Of a stretch of 64,000 bases of DNA, positions 8,840-17,817 are shown piece after piece. The translations under genes were made by a program, and so were the position numbers. The DNA is from a virus. The first letter of the stretch is position 1, and each line of letters starts with the position of its first letter. The stretch lies in the IMG/VR virus record IMGVR_UViG_3300021085_002380. One strand, written 5' to 3'. The notes beneath the pieces are model-generated. The model did not search any database. It had not been told where the DNA came from and saw only the letters and a program-made list of their open reading frames with translations.

Positions 8840-9502
8840 ATGGCTGAATTTGAATTTGCAGGAACCACGTTTAGAGGTGGTAAGATGTTTGCTGTTTTAA
8901 CGGCATTATCTACTTTAGGCGGCGGCGCATGGGCGGGTTTTGAATTTTATGCGGACTACATGGACATGAAAGAAATTGTTCAAAATATTGATATTGATGA
9001 AATTGCAGCTGCCAACGTGTTGCAATTACAAAAATTAGAAGATGCTATTGGATATACGCAAGACATTAAAGGAGATTTAAAAGGTGACATTAACAGGAGT
9101 GAAGAGTTAATATCATCGTTGGAAGATCAAATAATTGCAATGGAAACTACCGTAAGAACTTTACGTAAAGATGTTTACGATAAATTAGATACGTTTGAAG
9201 AGCGATTAAGAGTAACACTCAAAAGTAATCAAGATACGATGTCTGATTTACGTGATCGTATTAGTACTAATTTAGAAAACTCTGAGGCAAGAATTAAAGC
9301 TACACAAGCAAGCATTGGCACAACTCTTGAAGGCGTAAGAACAGAAATGAACCAAGTTCAAAAAGATGTAACTGCGTCTATCCGAGAAGTTGAAGCTGGT
9401 GTTCGCCAAACAGATAAAGATATAAGAGCTGATATGAAACAGCTTGATAGAGACATATCCGTAAAATTACAAGAAGCATTAGATAATCCATTATCAGAAT
9501 AG
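8840..9502 (+). CDS. Membrane-anchored long coiled-coil protein
   Basis: N-terminal TM then about 170 aa of heptad-like helix. Confidence 0.7.
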   Translation: MAEFEFAGTTFRGGKMFAVLTALSTLGGGAWAGFEFYADYMDMKEIVQNIDIDEIAAANVLQLQKLEDAIGYTQDIKGDLKGDINRSEELISSLEDQIIAMETTVRTLRKDVYDKLDTFEERLRVTLKSNQDTMSDLRDRISTNLENSEARIKATQASIGTTLEGVRTEMNQVQKDVTASIREVEAGVRQTDKDIRADMKQLDRDISVKLQEALDNPLSE

Positions 9503-9511
9503 GAGATAAAC

Positions 9512-9631
9512 ATGTCAGGACCAACGAGAACGTGTACAGCATGCGGCCATGATTGCCATTGTGATAAATCTGATTGTAAAAATTGCCAAAACGATGTTTG
9601 CGTAAAATGCAAATGTGAAAAAGATGTCTGA
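9512..9631 (+). CDS. Metallothionein-like peptide (39 aa, not in ORF track)
   Basis: AGGAG RBS; MSGPTRTCTACGHDCHCDKSDCKNCQNDVCVKCKCEKDV, 9 Cys and 2 His; stop overlaps next ATG. Confidence 0.75.
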   Translation: MSGPTRTCTACGHDCHCDKSDCKNCQNDVCVKCKCEKDV

Positions 9632-9833
9632 CGACTATTATGAAAATACTAGAGAACAAATTCGAGATATCAGAAGAAGAATTAAAGTCCTTAGAGCAGA
9701 ACTCAATAGTAATACGACACGACCCAGTCCTATTCAAGACGATGGAAAAATGGAGAAATCGCCACGGGAAACCTCCGCAGTTCAAGTCGATCCGAGGGAA
9801 GAACTCAAAAGAAAATTAATGAAAAGAGGATAA
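9624..9833 (+). CDS. Hypothetical protein
   Basis: ATG at 9624 coupled to the upstream peptide. Confidence 0.55.
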   Translation: MSDDYYENTREQIRDIRRRIKVLRAELNSNTTRPSPIQDDGKMEKSPRETSAVQVDPREELKRKLMKRG

Positions 9834-9843
9834 GTATAATTAA

Positions 9844-10185
9844 ATGGAAACTATTGCCATTATAGTATTTCTAGCTATGGGAAGTACAATAAACAACTTA
9901 GAAAACGAAGTCGCAACGTTAGGTTATTTTCAAGAGCAAAATACTATGGAAAGTATAAAGCAACAAGAACAGATTAATGATCTTATAATTAGTACGGAAA
10001 AATTAGAAATTCAAGTTAAAGAATTAGAAAAGACAACTGAAATGAGGCATCTTGCATTATCAGGAGCAATCGCTTCAAAATATGCAAGGCATGAAACGTT
10101 TCACGACATGCAGCAAATACAAATAGATATCATGGAAATGAGACAAGATGAAATTTTACAAAAAATGTTAACAGCAGGGGAGTAA
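9844..10185 (+). CDS. Hypothetical coiled-coil protein with N-terminal hydrophobic segment
   Basis: ORF in operon. Confidence 0.55.
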   Translation: METIAIIVFLAMGSTINNLENEVATLGYFQEQNTMESIKQQEQINDLIISTEKLEIQVKELEKTTEMRHLALSGAIASKYARHETFHDMQQIQIDIMEMRQDEILQKMLTAGE

Positions 10186-10187
10186 CA

Positions 10188-10925
10188 ATGTTAGAAAATT
10201 GTGCAAAAATGGCAGAGATCGCCGAGCTTGCGTATATAGATGGGCCTGAAGCAAAACCTAAATATAAGAAACTAGGTTATACAACCCACAAGTTCATTGA
10301 AGTAAACGGTGCACAATGCCACATCATTTCAAATAAAGAAGAAATCGTAATTGCATTCCGTGGTACTGAGCCAAAAGAGTTTTCCGATATTAAGGCAGAC
10401 TTAAACGCTTGGCCAGATAAACCAAACAATGGACACGGATTGGTACATAACGGGTTTCAAGAAGAAGTAAATAAGGTGTGGCCTGATATTGAAAAGGCTC
10501 TATCTAAAATGAAAAGAATTGGAAAACATTTGTTTCTTTGCGGCCATTCTTTAGGAGCTGCAATGGCAACAATTGCAACAAGCCGACTCGGTGATAAAGT
10601 TACTGCTTTATATACATATGGGTCGCCAAGAGTAGGAACTAGAAAATTTGTTAAATCGTTTGATAATATACCTCATTTCCGCCATGTTAACAATAACGAC
10701 TTGGTCACTTGTGTTCCTTTTGCTGCAATGGGATATAGACACCATTCGCAACCGCGGTACATCAACTACTTCGGTCATATTAGAAAAATGAGCAAATGGC
10801 AAAGAACAAAAGATAAATGGCGTGGAAGATTACGTGCATTTAAAAAAGGAATGCCATTCGACGGAGCATACGATCACGGTATGAACCATTATTGTAAATA
10901 CACGAAAGAAAATGAAAATGTCTGA
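10188..10925 (+). CDS. Lipase class 3 (alpha/beta hydrolase)
   Basis: IAFRGT, GHSLG nucleophile elbow, YTYGSPRVG, DLVTCVP, DH. Confidence 0.9.
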   Translation: MLENCAKMAEIAELAYIDGPEAKPKYKKLGYTTHKFIEVNGAQCHIISNKEEIVIAFRGTEPKEFSDIKADLNAWPDKPNNGHGLVHNGFQEEVNKVWPDIEKALSKMKRIGKHLFLCGHSLGAAMATIATSRLGDKVTALYTYGSPRVGTRKFVKSFDNIPHFRHVNNNDLVTCVPFAAMGYRHHSQPRYINYFGHIRKMSKWQRTKDKWRGRLRAFKKGMPFDGAYDHGMNHYCKYTKENENV

Positions 10926-11160
10926 TGAAATTGAAGTACCAAAAATATTACAAAAGCCTGTGCCATTAAAAGATGAAGATACACCAGAAGGAACTTTTGA
11001 TTTAAGCTTTAGGGTAATGAATAATGAAGTAATAGGCTTTGCCATGCGGGTTGATGATTTTAAAGCAAAATGGCTTATCCTTGGTCTTATAGCTATTGCA
11101 ATACTAGGTTTTGTTGCAACAGCCTTTGGTCCAATGATAATGAGTACGTTTGGTGGCTAA
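10912..11160 (+). CDS. Small membrane protein
   Basis: C-terminal TM segment. Confidence 0.6.
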   Translation: MKMSDEIEVPKILQKPVPLKDEDTPEGTFDLSFRVMNNEVIGFAMRVDDFKAKWLILGLIAIAILGFVATAFGPMIMSTFGG

Positions 11161-11344
11161 ACTATTTGATAAATTCTTTCACAGTAAAGCAGCTCATATA
11201 ACTTATGCTATAAGTACAATACTTTTTATTTTACACCTATTATTACATGCAGTACCTTTTGGTATTGGCGGCTGGGTTATATGGGAATATTTTGGTCATG
11301 GCCATTCGCACGAAAGCGGAACTCACAGTCATAAAGATAAATAG
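11150..11344 (+). CDS. Small membrane protein with His-rich tail
   Basis: TM segments; GHGHSHESGTHSH. Confidence 0.55.
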   Translation: MVAKLFDKFFHSKAAHITYAISTILFILHLLLHAVPFGIGGWVIWEYFGHGHSHESGTHSHKDK

Positions 11345-11346
11345 AC

Positions 11347-11913
11347 ATGGGACTAAAATATGATCCTAATCGCTTTAAACATTACGGAAATAGATCAGAA
11401 GATAGATTGAAAAATAATTATTTTTTGGCTATACCGGGTTTATTTAATTTTGACGACATTTATAGTAGCGAAGTAAATAGAATAAAAGATGGCGGTACTA
11501 TTGTAGAAATTGGAATATGGCAAGGTAAAAGTACTGCGTGGATGGCGGAAGCAATAAAAGACAGTAAAAAAGATATAAATTTTTACGCAATTGACCATGA
11601 TGTATCAAACTTGAATGAACACATTGCACCAGTAAAAGATTATGTTAATATATTAAACTTAGACTCTGTTAAAGCCAGCAAACAATTTGAAGATAAATCT
11701 GTAGATTTTGTTTTCATTGACGGCGATCATAGGTATAGTGCTGTGATGAAAGATATATATGCTTGGGATAAAAAAATAAAAGATGGCGGATGTATTGCAG
11801 GACATGATTATATTAAAGATCATGACACATTAAAAGTATGGGATGCTGTAAACGATTTTTACGGAAAAGCAAATGTTTTGAATATAAGATCATCTTGGTA
11901 TATTAGAAAATAG
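11347..11913 (+). CDS. Class I SAM methyltransferase (Methyltransf_24-like)
   Basis: VEIGIWQGKST, DFVFIDGDHRY, GGCIAGHDY. Confidence 0.85.
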   Translation: MGLKYDPNRFKHYGNRSEDRLKNNYFLAIPGLFNFDDIYSSEVNRIKDGGTIVEIGIWQGKSTAWMAEAIKDSKKDINFYAIDHDVSNLNEHIAPVKDYVNILNLDSVKASKQFEDKSVDFVFIDGDHRYSAVMKDIYAWDKKIKDGGCIAGHDYIKDHDTLKVWDAVNDFYGKANVLNIRSSWYIRK

Positions 11914-11929
11914 AATAAGGGACAACAAA

Positions 11930-12238
11930 ATGGAAATGCTAACTAGAATGTTTGGCGATACGCTGTGGATATATACAGCTATTGGAGGATCCGTTTTAGG
12001 CGCTGCCTTTTTAGCTTGGTTTAGAAATACCAAAGCTGCGCTATATTTAATGGGTAAGCTTGATAATACTTTAGACTACCTAGTTGATAAGTTTGGTTGG
12101 GAATGGTTACAAGATGATCCTGAAGCGTGGCGCAAGCGCTATCCAAAGGTCACAAAGAAAATTGATGATTTAGAACTGCGGCTACGAGCGTTAGAAGCTG
12201 GATCTAAAACAAAAGTTATAAAACAAAAGAAGGATTAG
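11930..12238 (+). CDS. Hypothetical membrane protein
   Basis: N-terminal TM; AAGGGA RBS. Confidence 0.6.
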   Translation: MEMLTRMFGDTLWIYTAIGGSVLGAAFLAWFRNTKAALYLMGKLDNTLDYLVDKFGWEWLQDDPEAWRKRYPKVTKKIDDLELRLRALEAGSKTKVIKQKKD

Positions 12239-12241
12239 ATT

Positions 12242-12439
12242 ATGTTTAGTAAACAGTGTAAATTGCATTTAGAAGAAGTTGGTGAAACAGGATTGCAGCA
12301 TGCTAAACATGCAGTAAAGGCCGCCATCAGATTACAGTTACTCGTGCCTGCGTTATTAGTACATGCTGTTGCTCCTAGATGTTTTACACATACAGCTACT
12401 AACGTAATGAATGATATTTTAAAGGAGAGAAAAAAATGA
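12242..12439 (+). CDS. Small hypothetical protein (DUF6356-like)
   Basis: HLEEVGET..QH ... LVHAVAP..F pattern. Confidence 0.5.
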   Translation: MFSKQCKLHLEEVGETGLQHAKHAVKAAIRLQLLVPALLVHAVAPRCFTHTATNVMNDILKERKK

Positions 12440-12594
12440 ATTGGTTAAAATCAAAAATTTCAGAACGTTCAAGTTTTGACGGAATTTTAATGGTCGCCGC
12501 CGGTGCCGCCATTATTATATTCAGCCCGTTAACTCAAATGATTGCTTATGCAGCGATTGCTTGGGGAGCATGGACAATTTGGCGTAAAGAGTAA
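12436..12594 (+). CDS. Small two-TM membrane protein (not in ORF track)
   Basis: AAGGAG RBS; MNWLKSKISERSSFDGILMVAAGAAIIIFSPLTQMIAYAAIAWGAWTIWRKE. Confidence 0.7.
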   Translation: MNWLKSKISERSSFDGILMVAAGAAIIIFSPLTQMIAYAAIAWGAWTIWRKE

Positions 12595-12597
12595 ACT

Positions 12598-13173
12598 ATG
12601 GCACATTGGACTTTTGAAGATCATAAGAAATGGTACCCTAATAACTTTGACGATGGTATGATAAGATCCTTTGTGGACAAATTTAAACCAAGTTCAGTTT
12701 TTGAATTTGGTTGCGGAATTGGGCATTATTGTAATTATATGTCCAATTCCGATATCCCAATCGTTCACGGTGTAGAACCTGCGCCGATGGATCCAAATAT
12801 GTTTCAGAACGAAGGTTGTGAAAATATTGTTTGGGATATAACTAAAGATCCTGAACCATCGCCAATATTACCAACTTATGATGCAATTGTGTCTATTGAA
12901 GTTATGGAACATATTGACAAAAAATTCCATGCTGAAATATTTGACTATCTTGTTTCTAAAAATCCACGCGTTGTTTTGTTTTCAGCTGCAAGACCTGGGC
13001 AAGGTGGCAATGGCCATATTGCTGAAAGGCATGAAAGAGAATGGATTGATGAGTGGGAAAAGCGTGGATATCGTAGAGACAAAATAAGCTCCGATATACA
13101 AAAGAAAGCGTGCAATAAGAGAAACATTAATCACGTTAGAAATTGCAATATATACTTTAGGAATGACGATTAA
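12598..13173 (+). CDS. Class I SAM methyltransferase
   Basis: VFEFGCGIG, SIEVMEHI, FSAARPGQGGNGH. Confidence 0.85.
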   Translation: MAHWTFEDHKKWYPNNFDDGMIRSFVDKFKPSSVFEFGCGIGHYCNYMSNSDIPIVHGVEPAPMDPNMFQNEGCENIVWDITKDPEPSPILPTYDAIVSIEVMEHIDKKFHAEIFDYLVSKNPRVVLFSAARPGQGGNGHIAERHEREWIDEWEKRGYRRDKISSDIQKKACNKRNINHVRNCNIYFRNDD

Positions 13174-13411
13174 TCATTTCAGTTATTAAACGTAACGGTA
13201 TGTTACCTTGTAGTCTATCAACCTCTACACCATCTTTTAACAACAAGATGCACGGCAAAGTTTTAACTCCATAAGTACTAGCAAGACCGACATTACTCAT
13301 TATGTCTATTTTTTGAATATCAACTCCAAAGTCTTTATCAGCCATTTGCTTATTTAACAGCTTAGCGGAGTTTGAATAATTAGCTATGAATTGGATTATT
13401 TTTAAGGACAT
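13157..13411 (-). CDS. Thioredoxin-fold protein lacking CxxC
   Basis: YGVKTLPCILLLKDGVEVDRLQG tail; YSNSA at the active-site position. Confidence 0.7.
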   Translation of the reverse strand: MSLKIIQFIANYSNSAKLLNKQMADKDFGVDIQKIDIMSNVGLASTYGVKTLPCILLLKDGVEVDRLQGNIPLRLITEMINRHS

Positions 13412-13488
13412 ATTCTTTTAAGTCTCTTTTGCGCATTCTTTTTAGTTTAAGAGTTTCTTTCTTAAACCGCTGAAGTTTCAAAAACTGT

Positions 13489-14211
13489 TTATGATTGTGT
13501 TTGTAAATTGTTGGTTGCGACATCTTTAAACTTTTCTGTTGACCATATATTTAACCAATTATGTGGAGAGAACTTTAGCTGTCCAATATATTCATATCCC
13601 CATTCTTTAAGTATATCGCCAGCCTTATCGTAATAGTCTTCCATAATTACAATAGGTTCATCCCGCATTATTGTATTCTTTGCTCCGCGAATTGCAGACG
13701 GCTCGTGATTTTCAAGATCTAAATGCATAATTGATAATTCTTTTACAGTTAAATCATCAATTGAAATTGTGTTAACTAATTGCGTTTTCTTACTATCATC
13801 TTCTGTAATCTGCGATGCACCACCCATATGACCGTTGTCAAATGTTTGCATATATGCGTGACCACTTTCAAGACTCATAGCTGCGTTAAACAATATAACA
13901 TTAGTCAAATCGTTTTCTTGAACGCAGCGTCTTGTAAGAACATAATTTTCTAATACTGGCTCAAAGGCATATAATGTGGCGTCGCAATGAGCAGAAAAAT
14001 GTGGAACCATATCGCCAAAAAACGTACCACCATGGATCATAGACATTTTAGTTTGTTTCAATACATTGGTAACAAACTCATGAGTTCTTTCTTCGTACCG
14101 ATAACCGTTTATCATCACTTCAGCTGCGGGCCGACGTAATGCATAAGAAGGTATAAAATAAACGTTGCCGAATAAATTAACTTCTTTGTAGTTTATTTGG
14201 TAACTACCCAT
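13489..14211 (-). CDS. FkbM-family methyltransferase
   Basis: HGGTFFG, YAFEP, MHLDLENHE..AIRGA. Confidence 0.8.
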   Translation of the reverse strand: MGSYQINYKEVNLFGNVYFIPSYALRRPAAEVMINGYRYEERTHEFVTNVLKQTKMSMIHGGTFFGDMVPHFSAHCDATLYAFEPVLENYVLTRRCVQENDLTNVILFNAAMSLESGHAYMQTFDNGHMGGASQITEDDSKKTQLVNTISIDDLTVKELSIMHLDLENHEPSAIRGAKNTIMRDEPIVIMEDYYDKAGDILKEWGYEYIGQLKFSPHNWLNIWSTEKFKDVATNNLQTQS

Positions 14212-14428
14212 TTGAATCTCCAAACTCTTTTATTATATCGTCAACAAATACAATTGCCATATTTACTGTTTCTTGAGTAATTTCTTTTAACTCACCCATG
14301 TATATACCTTTGACGACTTCATCTTCAATCTTTTCAACATTGGCTTTACCATTTACTAAAGGCTGGTGATAGCCGTTAAGCATAATATCAATTGCAAGTT
14401 CCGTTGCTAATGTCGTTTGGTAATCCAT
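14204..14428 (-). CDS. Hypothetical protein
   Basis: AAGGAG RBS, downstream of early promoter. Confidence 0.6.
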   Translation of the reverse strand: MDYQTTLATELAIDIMLNGYHQPLVNGKANVEKIEDEVVKGIYMGELKEITQETVNMAIVFVDDIIKEFGDSNG

Positions 14429-14452
14429 ATTGATTCTCCTTTAGATACATTT

Positions 14453-14481
14453 AATATATACCAACTTCTGTGGATTGTCAA
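14453..14481 (-). promoter_or_regulatory. Sigma70-type promoter
   Basis: TTGACA-17-TATATT. Confidence 0.65.
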
Positions 14482-15182
14482 CTAAATGTTTTCCACTTTT
14501 CAGGAGATGATAAGGTTCTATGATAAATTCTTGTTTGAGCCTTTTTAGTAATAATCATATCGCCTGCAACGCAAAATCTGCTTTTAAGTAAATCTTCCTT
14601 AGTATTAAATGATTTTATAACTGTACTTTCCGTGTCTTTCTTTGCAAGGTTATGGCTCATATTGCTTGGAAAAATTAGCATAGAACCTTGTCCCACAGGA
14701 ATAGAAAAATTAGTACAATTCATTTCAGTCCATTCATCAACATAATGATGAAACCAACCTTGGTGTAATTCGTTTGCATGACAAGGCTTTGTATCATACA
14801 AGATAAGGTTTCTTTCTTTACCCGGTTTTATATATGGATAATAAGTAAACGATATATGGTTTTCTTCGTGGTTGTGTTTGTTGATTCCATTATCGTCAAC
14901 TACGTTAAAAAAGGTTTTGGTTACGTGAACATCAAATTTTGTTGAGTCGATACTTAATGTTTTAAAATATTCACGTACACTTGGTATTACTTTATTTTTA
15001 TAAAAACCTTCTAAGCTCGGCTCCAATTGAACCTGCTCATATCCTAAAAGATCGTGAGTTCTTCCATCATTCCCGCAATGTTTAAAATACAAATCAAACC
15101 AATTTTCTTGTTCGTCCTTAGTAACTTCGTGGATTGTATGAGTTATATTAGTTGGAAATAGTGCGAGTGGTTGGATCTTCAT
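14478..15182 (-). CDS. Putative 2OG-Fe(II) oxygenase (TIGR02466-like)
   Basis: LFPT, HNH..HISFTYY, GSMLIFPSNMSH, R. Confidence 0.75.
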   Translation of the reverse strand: MKIQPLALFPTNITHTIHEVTKDEQENWFDLYFKHCGNDGRTHDLLGYEQVQLEPSLEGFYKNKVIPSVREYFKTLSIDSTKFDVHVTKTFFNVVDDNGINKHNHEENHISFTYYPYIKPGKERNLILYDTKPCHANELHQGWFHHYVDEWTEMNCTNFSIPVGQGSMLIFPSNMSHNLAKKDTESTVIKSFNTKEDLLKSRFCVAGDMIITKKAQTRIYHRTLSSPEKWKTFS

Positions 15183-16042
15183 GGATTGCTCATTTCTAAA
15201 TTATACTGGTCTAAACACATGTCTTCTAAAGTTTTAGTCAAATTGCATAATGTTGACGGCGTCGCCACGGCCGCTGCTTGATCACCTAATCTCCTGCCAA
15301 CGATTTCACGGTTCATACTAACACCTGTAACTTTTTCCATTGTATCAAGTACTTCATGGACTGTCCAACCGCTTTGAGAACCTAAGCATTCGTATGGAGT
15401 ATTACTAGGACCAGCTTCAACTGCTTTAACTATAGAACTGCTAAGATCACTGACGTGTATATAATCCCGAATGCAAGTACCGTCCCTAGTATCATAATCG
15501 TTACCAAAGACCTTAACATTGGGAAGCTTGCCAGCAGCCACCATAGCAGCAACACGGATAAGATGGGAAGCCACACCAAGTTGGCGGTTAACACCATCAG
15601 TACCGCTGACGTTAAAAAAGCGAAAAATAGTATACCCATCTGCTTTCTCCTTAATTACATCTTCTGCTCCTACCTTACTTCTTGCGTATGGAGAAGCCAT
15701 TTCAAACGCAGAACTTGTACTTGCGAATATAAAATTTTCTGTTCTGAGTTTTTCAACAGCGTTTTTTGTACCCATTATGTTAGTACGATAATACGCTGAT
15801 GGTTCTTTTAGTGATTGAGGAACGACGCTACGGCCTGCAAGGTGAACTACTGCGTCTCCCCAACCCATAAGCCAATGATCCATAAGATCTTGTACCCAAA
15901 ATTTATCACAGTACTTTTCCACATCATTATGTTCTTTATGAATATTTAAATCAAATCCATATACTGTGTGACCGTGTTCTTTTAACTGTTTACATACATG
16001 ACTACCAATGTATCCTGATGCGCCTGTAACCATTACCTTCAT
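15179..16042 (-). CDS. galE: UDP-glucose 4-epimerase-like SDR
   Basis: VTGASGYIGSH, YARSK, FRFFNV, DYDTRDGTCIRDYIHV. Confidence 0.88.
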   Translation of the reverse strand: MKVMVTGASGYIGSHVCKQLKEHGHTVYGFDLNIHKEHNDVEKYCDKFWVQDLMDHWLMGWGDAVVHLAGRSVVPQSLKEPSAYYRTNIMGTKNAVEKLRTENFIFASTSSAFEMASPYARSKVGAEDVIKEKADGYTIFRFFNVSGTDGVNRQLGVASHLIRVAAMVAAGKLPNVKVFGNDYDTRDGTCIRDYIHVSDLSSSIVKAVEAGPSNTPYECLGSQSGWTVHEVLDTMEKVTGVSMNREIVGRRLGDQAAAVATPSTLCNLTKTLEDMCLDQYNLEMSNP

Positions 16043-16557
16043 AGAGCTAATCGCCTAACTGCCACAACATCAGTGGCTTTAAATAATTTAATTGATACTT
16101 CATTATCTTGATTACCTCCAAGAATTCTGTAATAAACGTCTCCGCCGATTAACTTAAGGTCAATATAAAAACCAACATGACCTTCCCAAGGTTGTCCTCG
16201 TTTTAAAACGACAATGTCTCCATAATCTGGAGTATTAACTTGGTAACCTAATTCTGTAAAACTTCTTGCCATAAATGGATTTTCTGATACTGTTTCAGAA
16301 CCTGGGATACCAGACTCTCGCAACACAGCGTTAACATATGCTGCGCACCATTCAGTTTGAACAGGGTCTACTTTTAAAAACTTTCTTAACTCTGAACGCT
16401 GTTCTGTTTCCGAGTAACCTATGTATTTAGAGGCTTTCGTAATATACTCAAGGTGATCGTGGTTTGGTTCTGCATCAAGATATGAACAGCCTGCAAGACT
16501 ACCTATCAATATGCATGACTTGGGAAAACGTTTGAGGCGGTGGGCAACACCACTCAT
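16039..16557 (-). CDS. NlpC/P60-like (TIGR02594-type) peptidoglycan peptidase, probable lipoprotein
   Basis: WCAAYVN, GHVGFY, LGGNQ; lipobox LAGC about 24 aa after the ATG at 16557. Confidence 0.75.
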   Translation of the reverse strand: MSGVAHRLKRFPKSCILIGSLAGCSYLDAEPNHDHLEYITKASKYIGYSETEQRSELRKFLKVDPVQTEWCAAYVNAVLRESGIPGSETVSENPFMARSFTELGYQVNTPDYGDIVVLKRGQPWEGHVGFYIDLKLIGGDVYYRILGGNQDNEVSIKLFKATDVVAVRRLAL

Positions 16558-17311
16558 AAGTGAATAATTCATTAAGGTTACCAGTCCCTCCTTTGGTTTC
16601 CCACCACTGCTTAACATATCCATATGCGTGATTCGCCACATCTTTTAAATGTTGTGAATTTGGATCGTGAACTGTCGATGGAAATTTCGGTACGTTATGA
16701 TTAAATAGTGGGTGAATATAGAAAGTGCCTAATCCATATACGACATTTTCTATAGTAGGTTTATATTTTTTACTATCTTCACTCTTTAATATATACGGCA
16801 TCCTAAAATGTATTGTGTTATCATTTATAAAATAATAATCTATAATCTTTTTAGCATAATGGCGTTTAATTACATAGCACTGAAGACCATGATCATGACC
16901 ATTACGATGGCGTGGATACATTACAGCCCAGCCTTCGTGCATACAGCACAGCTGGAGACCATCCCACAATACGCCAAACTCCTTAACATAATCCTCATAA
17001 ACAAAGTTCCAATGTTGAATAGTGCTAAAGTCACAGTCATCTTCAAAGAATGCGGCTTGTTCATCGTCAGTATTTTCATACCACCATTTAATGGTTAGGA
17101 GATGAGAAGTAGTAGCACCTAATGGTAGTATATCCAAGGTGTCACGGTCGCCAACAATCTTTAAATTGCTGTCTTCGAGTCTTTTGTATTGTAGGACGGT
17201 TCCATCTAAACCGAGTCTATCAAACTCGGAATTCATATAGTCTCTGCGTTCAACACTTTCTTCAAGGTTGACAACATAACACTTTGGAAATCCTTTAAGC
17301 TTAGGATGCAT
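16499..17311 (-). CDS. Glycosyltransferase family 25-like
   Basis: YVVNLEESVERR, SHL, FFEDD. Confidence 0.8.
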   Translation of the reverse strand: MHPKLKGFPKCYVVNLEESVERRDYMNSEFDRLGLDGTVLQYKRLEDSNLKIVGDRDTLDILPLGATTSHLLTIKWWYENTDDEQAAFFEDDCDFSTIQHWNFVYEDYVKEFGVLWDGLQLCCMHEGWAVMYPRHRNGHDHGLQCYVIKRHYAKKIIDYYFINDNTIHFRMPYILKSEDSKKYKPTIENVVYGLGTFYIHPLFNHNVPKFPSTVHDPNSQHLKDVANHAYGYVKQWWETKGGTGNLNELFTYEWCCPPPQTFSQVMHIDR

Positions 17312-17514
17312 TAGAAATAATTAGTCAACATGTCAAGCTGATCTTCGTACTTAGCCATTTCTTCAAGCTGCTTTTCAATTTCTTCCATAACTTCTGAATG
17401 CTCGCCAACACCTACAGGGTTCCGTAAATAAATTTCAGCATTCATACGATGTTTTTCAATATGAGCTCGAGCATGATCTTTCAAAGCTGTTACCATTTGG
17501 TCACGTAATTCCAT
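17311..17514 (-). CDS. Conserved hypothetical phage protein
   Basis: NPVGVGEH motif, GGAG RBS. Confidence 0.65.
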   Translation of the reverse strand: MELRDQMVTALKDHARAHIEKHRMNAEIYLRNPVGVGEHSEVMEEIEKQLEEMAKYEDQLDMLTNYF

Positions 17515-17523
17515 TTCTTTCTC

Positions 17524-17817
17524 CTATACAATCAGATTGGTTTTTGGTGGTGTTACAAGTCCACTTGTCATTTGACGATATGCGTCTTGTACTTGTTCGT
17601 TTGTTTCCATAATACACGAAATACCATAGAGAGTAACTTCTTTTGGGTTTGCATGGCCTGTCATAGAAATACCATTTGCAAATCCCATTCCTTGGTCGCT
17701 GACAGATACAAACCTAGGATCTTTGAGTTCCACCTTATCGTTATCTTGAGATACGAATTTACCAACATATTCGCCGTTGGTTGTTAGTACCGTAACAATA
17801 TCATTTAGTTTATACAT
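17524..17817 (-). CDS. Conserved hypothetical protein (Sm-like fold possible)
   Basis: GEYVGK ... AYRQMTSGLVTP tail. Confidence 0.6.
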   Translation of the reverse strand: MYKLNDIVTVLTTNGEYVGKFVSQDNDKVELKDPRFVSVSDQGMGFANGISMTGHANPKEVTLYGISCIMETNEQVQDAYRQMTSGLVTPPKTNLIV

